Assembly: GCA_050949565.1 (NCBI GenBank)
Contig: JBMNFY010000007.1
Coordinates: 64,001 to 128,000, forward strand
DNA length: 64,000 nt
Direction: 5' to 3'
DNA from: Kiritimatiellia bacterium
Lineage (GTDB): Bacteria > Verrucomicrobiota > Kiritimatiellia > RFP12 > UBA1067
Made by a program: the position numbers and the translations under genes. Shown here piece by piece: positions 58,881 to 64,000 of the stretch. How positions within the stretch are numbered: the stretch's first letter is position 1; each line of letters opens with the position of its first letter. A model generated the notes under the pieces. That model made no database searches. It worked only from the letters and a program-made list of their open reading frames with translations, and was not told the DNA's origin.

Positions 58881-60443
58881 TTAGCGTTCAGCTTTGATCC
58901 TGAAAAAGAGGGTGGGCTTTCCTTCAATCTGAATCGCACAGGTGCCGATCGTCTCGGTGGGCGGCAGATTGGTAGAGACGGGACGCCATGTGCCGGTCGC
59001 CAGATCACCCTCCAGCATTTCGACGATCTGCATGGCTTCGCGTCCGCCCTGCCACGTCAGGTTGGCGGTGACGCCGTTTTTCGACAGTGCCGTGATCCGA
59101 AGATTAGAGGCACGGTTGGTAGGGGAGGTGTCCGCGAGCCACTCTTGCAGATTGCTCATGCCGTCTTTGTCGGGGTCGGCACTCATATCGCGATCCGCGC
59201 CGACCAGTCCGGCTTGTGTGAGCCACCATTCTGGCATGCCCTGTCCGCCCGGCACGAGGACGGGCTGGAAGGCGGCGACCAGTTGTCCGGGCGACGATAC
59301 TGTGAAAGCGGTCACGGGGTCGGAGCCCGATGCCATGCCGGACCAGCCGTCAAACAGCCATTCGGCGTCCGGTGTCGCTTGTGCGCTGAGCGAAGCGCCC
59401 GCGCGATACCATCCCGGCGACAGATCGACAACGCCGTGTTCCGCGACGACATCCAACCAGTAGTTGGTGCGCCAGTTCCAGATGACTTCCGAATCGGCAG
59501 AGAGCGCGAAGGTGAATGCGGTGGTGCGTCCGCTGACCGGCACCGAGCCGCTGCCGCTCCAGCCGTAGGCGACGAACTGGGTGTCCACCTGCGTGACGGT
59601 GGTTTGAGCCACGCGGCAGGTAATCGCGCTGCCGTCGAAAAAGAAGTTTTCGCCGGGTGCCGGTTCGGTGACGCTCTGCGCGGCTGACGCGATCATGAGG
59701 CGGAGCAGCGGTGCGACCTCGGTGCTCAGCACCGCGACGGCGGCATCCTGCGCGTCGGGCGCTGCGTAGGTCATGGTGCGCTGCGTTGCGGGTGCGCCGC
59801 CCCTGCCGTAGAGACGGAAGGTAATCGGGGTGCCTGCAACCGGTGTGAACGGTGCGCCCGTTTCATCGGCGAGGTCGGCGTAGTTGAAGAAGAAGCAGGT
59901 GTTGGTAGGGGTGCCGTCGCCGCACACGGCCAGCAAAGGCGCGTATGCGCCCAGCACGGTCAACACGCCTACCCAGCCGTCGCCGGGCCTGTGTACATCG
60001 ATCATTGTCTGGTGCGTGGTAGGGCGCCAGGCACCAATGGGCAGCGTGCGCACCTCTTGGAGGCCGCTCGCCGGCCATGTGACGTCATCGGCCACAACGC
60101 GTACATGGTAGACGGTGTCGAGCGTGGCGTTATCCACCCGGAACAGCAGGTTACCGCACGCGGTCATGGCACTGCGAATCTGCCGGTCCGCGCAGCGGCG
60201 CGCATAGTCGTCGCCACTCGTCGCGCCGGTGAAGAGCGCCTGCCGCTCGATGGTCACCGCCGTCTCGGGCTGGGTGCCTGCGGCGTCGCGGTAGATCTCC
60301 AGCCGACAGGAGGCCGGTGGCGAGTCGGTGCGCAGAAAAACATCGAAGCCGCGCGAAGCGACGTTCGCGATCACGCCTTCGGCGGATGCGATACAGAGTC
60401 CGCGCGCGGCACATACCAACAGCGCAAGGATCAGGCGTTTCAT
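58881..60443 (-). CDS. Secreted surface protein with InlB-B-repeat-like unit and C-terminal FFRIKA tail
   Basis: Signal peptide; ATPDAEWLFDGWSG; DPDKDGMSNLQEWLADTSP; LFFRIKAER. Confidence 0.75.
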   Translation of the reverse strand: MKRLILALLVCAARGLCIASAEGVIANVASRGFDVFLRTDSPPASCRLEIYRDAAGTQPETAVTIERQALFTGATSGDDYARRCADRQIRSAMTACGNLLFRVDNATLDTVYHVRVVADDVTWPASGLQEVRTLPIGAWRPTTHQTMIDVHRPGDGWVGVLTVLGAYAPLLAVCGDGTPTNTCFFFNYADLADETGAPFTPVAGTPITFRLYGRGGAPATQRTMTYAAPDAQDAAVAVLSTEVAPLLRLMIASAAQSVTEPAPGENFFFDGSAITCRVAQTTVTQVDTQFVAYGWSGSGSVPVSGRTTAFTFALSADSEVIWNWRTNYWLDVVAEHGVVDLSPGWYRAGASLSAQATPDAEWLFDGWSGMASGSDPVTAFTVSSPGQLVAAFQPVLVPGGQGMPEWWLTQAGLVGADRDMSADPDKDGMSNLQEWLADTSPTNRASNLRITALSKNGVTANLTWQGGREAMQIVEMLEGDLATGTWRPVSTNLPPTETIGTCAIQIEGKPTLFFRIKAER

Positions 60444-61342
60444 GGTTGTTCCTCCTGCTGAATAACGGTGGCGAATCCGGCGTTTCCGGCAGGCGCGTCA
60501 TCCGTCAGCCCGGTTCCGGGGCCGCGCCGCAAGAGGCCGGGTTCGCCCTTGCGCCGGATGATGGTTTCGCCACCGGCCAGAATCGCTACGCGCGAGATGC
60601 CTGCCGCTCGCAGTGTCTGCGCGGTGCGTTCGGCTGTGCCGTCGCCTGCGTCAATCAACACGTAGAGCGGCGGGACGGTCTGCGCTTCGCCCGGTGTTGC
60701 GGTGGCCGCCAGCATGCCGCGCTGCGGCCGGGTTCCGGGAATCGTGCGCGTGATGCTGTAGCCGGGCAGTTCGGATGCCAGATCAAGACGCGGCAGCGCC
60801 GTTGCGGCGGGCGTCGCGCTGGCTTCTGTTCCTTCGCCTGCGGCGAGGGCGGCGGCGGGTGCGCGCGGCGGCGCGGGCCGCAGATCGACGAGCACGATGT
60901 CGGCTGCGTCTTCCGTCATGTCGCCGGTCACCTCTTGATAACTGACATACCGCGTCAGGGTGGGGCGCAGCCCTTTGGCCTCGCTGGTCTGGCCGCCCGC
61001 GTCGCACCAAGCGGCGTATCCGCCCGCCAAGGCGTCGGCGGACACGTTGCTGTTCGCCTCCGCAAGCTGTGCGGCGGCGCGGCGCGCGAGGTTAGGGCCG
61101 GTGCCGTCGTCGAAGAAGATGACCTCGCCGGTGAGCGGTTTTTGCGTCGCCTCGCGCGCCGTCATGCGGATGGCGTTCGGCAGTGTGCCGGCTTCGTAGG
61201 CGTCGCGCGGCCTGAGATCGATCAGGGTGACGCGATCACCGCGGGCGAGCCGATCGCGCAGTTCGGCCGGCGTGACGGCGGCGCAGGCCGCGCCGACGGC
61301 ACCTAGCGCGACGATCAAGCTGATAAGCGTGTGACTGTTCAT
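60440..61342 (-). CDS. Secreted tandem rhodanese-like protein
   Basis: LIDLRP..Y..GTLPNA, LAGGYAAW; second VLVDLRP..ILAGG. Confidence 0.7.
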   Translation of the reverse strand: MNSHTLISLIVALGAVGAACAAVTPAELRDRLARGDRVTLIDLRPRDAYEAGTLPNAIRMTAREATQKPLTGEVIFFDDGTGPNLARRAAAQLAEANSNVSADALAGGYAAWCDAGGQTSEAKGLRPTLTRYVSYQEVTGDMTEDAADIVLVDLRPAPPRAPAAALAAGEGTEASATPAATALPRLDLASELPGYSITRTIPGTRPQRGMLAATATPGEAQTVPPLYVLIDAGDGTAERTAQTLRAAGISRVAILAGGETIIRRKGEPGLLRRGPGTGLTDDAPAGNAGFATVIQQEEQP

Positions 61343-61376
61343 GGTTTCACCTCGTTGGGTTCGCTGTCTCTGCGTG

Positions 61377-64000
61377 TCATTGCGGCATCCATCCGTTGAC
61401 CGCATGCGTCATGTCAATCAGGATCACCGCGATGCGCGGGATCGGGAAGTCGGTTCCGACCAGTCGGCCCGCCTCGACCTGCACGGTCTGCCAACGTCCG
61501 GAGGACGGATCATGCAGACGCAGCGCACGGACATTTTGCAGACCGAGCTGGCGCATCATGCGGAAGGCCGAATAGTCGATCGGGAAGCCGCTGTACGTCA
61601 GAACACTGGTGCCCTGCGGCAGATCGAGCGGCGTGCTCTCGGATGGGCCGAAATCGATGAGCTGGGCGCGGTCGAAGCCCAGCCAGACAAACATACCGAG
61701 CGTCAGCGGGAAATCTTCGCCTTGCAGGGTGCCGGTGGTGCCGTCACGCCATGCACGGCGTGTCTCCACCGTCGGCCAGAGTTGCTCGTAGGTCGCGACC
61801 TCAATGACATTTGCGTCCATGCGCCAACGGTCAAGCAGTTGGAACGCCGTGGCAGCGGTTTCGAGCATCTGCGCAGTGACCGGAACTGCGTTGCGCTCGG
61901 CATAGACACCCCGCAGCGAGGGCAGCGCACCGGCTACCACGCGCGTCCCGGCTGGCGTGACATCCAGCCAGGCGATGTGGCGCGTCAGCAACGCAGGATA
62001 ACGCTTCTGCGTTTCCGTGCGCGTCATCGGCGCATGCCGCAGCGAGGCCAGATGCAGGAGACTCAGGTTTTCGAGGCCGGCTCCGAGTGCATTGTCGGTG
62101 AAGAGGACCCAGTCGCCGTACACCGCAGGCAAAGTCTCGTCATACGGCGTATCGGTCAGGCGGGTCTCGCGACCGTCCCGTAAATCAAAGGCGTACAGAT
62201 CCTGTTGCCCGTTGCGGTTGTCCTGCCAGACGATGATGGGGCCGTCCATCGCGGGCTTGTATTGACCGGCGGTGCTGGTCGTGATGCGGCGTTCTTCGCC
62301 GGTCTCGAGGTCTTGGAAGTAGATCTCGCCGGGGCCGACATCGCGCCAATCCTGCCAGACCACGCGGTCGGCGTTGACGTGCGGATCCAATTGATCCTGC
62401 GTGGTGGGCGAAACGGCACGCCGGGCACCGGTCACAAGGTTTTTCGCGTACAGTTGTGTCGGAGCCGAGGCGATGCGTACGTCGCGTGCTTGCCAGACCG
62501 CCCACGGCCAGTAGATTGAGGGGTTGGTCTCGTCGATGTCCGGCAGTGCCGAGAGCACATGGATCGGCATGCCGGGGTCGGTCAGATCTGTCCAATACAC
62601 CGCCCAGGTGCTGTCTTCCTGACGCCCTTGCCACACGACATAGCGCCCGTCGGTGAAGGGATCGTCCTGCGTGTTGGCCGATGAAGTCAGCGCGAACGCC
62701 GCGCCGTTGGTCGCAATGTTGCGCGCCCAGATCTGCCACTGCTCGCCCGAGCGGTCGGTCCAGACCACCCAATCGCCGCGTCCGTGCATGCGTTGCACAC
62801 CGCGGCTGGCGGCGGCGACCTCGCTGTCGCTTCCGCCCAGCTCCTCGACGGCGACATAAGCTTTGGCCCAGATGACCTGCCCCAGCGCATTGCTGGCGCT
62901 GACCCGCACCGTGTACCATCCCGGGAAGACCAGCACACCGGCATCGTTGCGTCCGTCCCAGACGAAATTCGTGCCAGCATCGAGCGGCATTGCCGGGGCG
63001 GTTCTGACGCATGAGAGTCCGGTGCAGTCATACCCGTATGCCAGCCGGTTCGTCCAGTGATAAGCGGCATATCCCTCTTCGGTGTGTTCGCCGTTCGGCA
63101 GGTTGGGGAAGATGCGCACTTCGTAAGCGCCATCGGTCAGGTTGGAAACGGCAAACGGTTGGCTCACGGGCGCGCTGGGACGGATGTAATTCGCGTTCAA
63201 CGACCAGCGGTAGGTGGTGATGTCCGTGCCGGAGACGCGGAACGGCGCGGTCTTCGCGGTATGCGGATGCGTGGGCGCTTCGAGCAATACAACGCCCGGC
63301 GCGTCGTCGGCCACGGCCCACGAAGCGCGGACGGCATCGGCATCCGGCGGATAGCCGCCGTGCGCACTACGAGCGACCACATCCAGCGTGTAACCGCCTG
63401 CGGTCGTGCAGTTCAGCGCGATCGGTTCGCTGACCGGTGCTTCCGCCGACCATGCGCCGCCGTTCAGCCGCCAGCGATAGTGGTCAACCGCTTCGCCCGA
63501 GACCGTGATTGAAAGCTCGCCGGGGCGCATGGGCGTGGCGGGCAGACCGCCAAGCTGCGGCCAGGCGCGGATGCCGCGGAACACCTCGACGCTCGCGTAT
63601 AGCGGAACCGGTCCGGGCGGTGCCGAGAATTCGAAGCGGATGTCGTCAGGACGTGCGCTGGCAAGTCCGGAGAGTAGCGAGAGTCCTGTGCGGTTGGCCG
63701 CCAGCGTCAGCGCCGTACCGTCCCCGGCCGGATCGAGTACGACGATCTGTGCGGTCTTTGTTTCTTCCACGTTCATCGCGGCGTCGGTCGCGCGATAGGC
63801 GATGGCGTGAGTGCCGACCGGCAACGAGAAGGGGAGTGCCGGCAACCAGGCAGCCTCGGGCGTTGGCTTGTACTCGATGGACACCGCGCTCTCATCCTGC
63901 GAGAGGAAGTAGACCTGCGTGGCCGGCGCGATGTAGTTCGTACCTTGGTGAAGCAGGTGCTTGCCTGAGAACTCGATTGATGTGACCGGCGGCGTGGTGT
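61377..64000 (-). CDS. Large surface protein (Ig-like/FlgD-like domains + beta-propeller repeats); start upstream of window end
   Basis: Frame open to 64000; WDGRNDAG..PGWY FlgD-like; repeated VVWQD.R propeller blades. Confidence 0.8.
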   Translation of the reverse strand, partial: TTPPVTSIEFSGKHLLHQGTNYIAPATQVYFLSQDESAVSIEYKPTPEAAWLPALPFSLPVGTHAIAYRATDAAMNVEETKTAQIVVLDPAGDGTALTLAANRTGLSLLSGLASARPDDIRFEFSAPPGPVPLYASVEVFRGIRAWPQLGGLPATPMRPGELSITVSGEAVDHYRWRLNGGAWSAEAPVSEPIALNCTTAGGYTLDVVARSAHGGYPPDADAVRASWAVADDAPGVVLLEAPTHPHTAKTAPFRVSGTDITTYRWSLNANYIRPSAPVSQPFAVSNLTDGAYEVRIFPNLPNGEHTEEGYAAYHWTNRLAYGYDCTGLSCVRTAPAMPLDAGTNFVWDGRNDAGVLVFPGWYTVRVSASNALGQVIWAKAYVAVEELGGSDSEVAAASRGVQRMHGRGDWVVWTDRSGEQWQIWARNIATNGAAFALTSSANTQDDPFTDGRYVVWQGRQEDSTWAVYWTDLTDPGMPIHVLSALPDIDETNPSIYWPWAVWQARDVRIASAPTQLYAKNLVTGARRAVSPTTQDQLDPHVNADRVVWQDWRDVGPGEIYFQDLETGEERRITTSTAGQYKPAMDGPIIVWQDNRNGQQDLYAFDLRDGRETRLTDTPYDETLPAVYGDWVLFTDNALGAGLENLSLLHLASLRHAPMTRTETQKRYPALLTRHIAWLDVTPAGTRVVAGALPSLRGVYAERNAVPVTAQMLETAATAFQLLDRWRMDANVIEVATYEQLWPTVETRRAWRDGTTGTLQGEDFPLTLGMFVWLGFDRAQLIDFGPSESTPLDLPQGTSVLTYSGFPIDYSAFRMMRQLGLQNVRALRLHDPSSGRWQTVQVEAGRLVGTDFPIPRIAVILIDMTHAVNGWMPQ

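Overview
GC-rich bacterial chromosome segment. Gene content and repeat style suggest a PVC-superphylum organism (Kiritimatiellae/Lentisphaerae-like; inference only). Core content: pilB-pilT-pilB ATPases, trxB, an MsbA-like ABC exporter, murJ, a tri-haem cytochrome c peroxidase, an ~18 kb minus-strand sugar-catabolism cluster, oppD/oppF-like ATPases, a heparinase II-like lyase, tRNA-Val(GAC), argF, pyrB and a cluster of secreted surface proteins. Accessory islets: TA genes plus a PLD nuclease plus a BtpA-like gene (8.1-12.2 kb), a Fic gene, and a four-gene operon of three signal-peptide proteins (one a WHH/HNH nuclease) plus an SMI1/KNR4 immunity gene (19.6-23.2 kb). A mobile-element hotspot at 43.6-48.9 kb holds an ORF-less group IIC intron and two IS elements. 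Intergenic regions are mosaics of recurring modules (REP-like hairpins, 6/7/9-mer microsatellites and a CCCCTGTCACYAACCGATTAC motif); that motif sits at the entry of nearly every accessory islet. All calls come from reading the sequence; no database searches were run.
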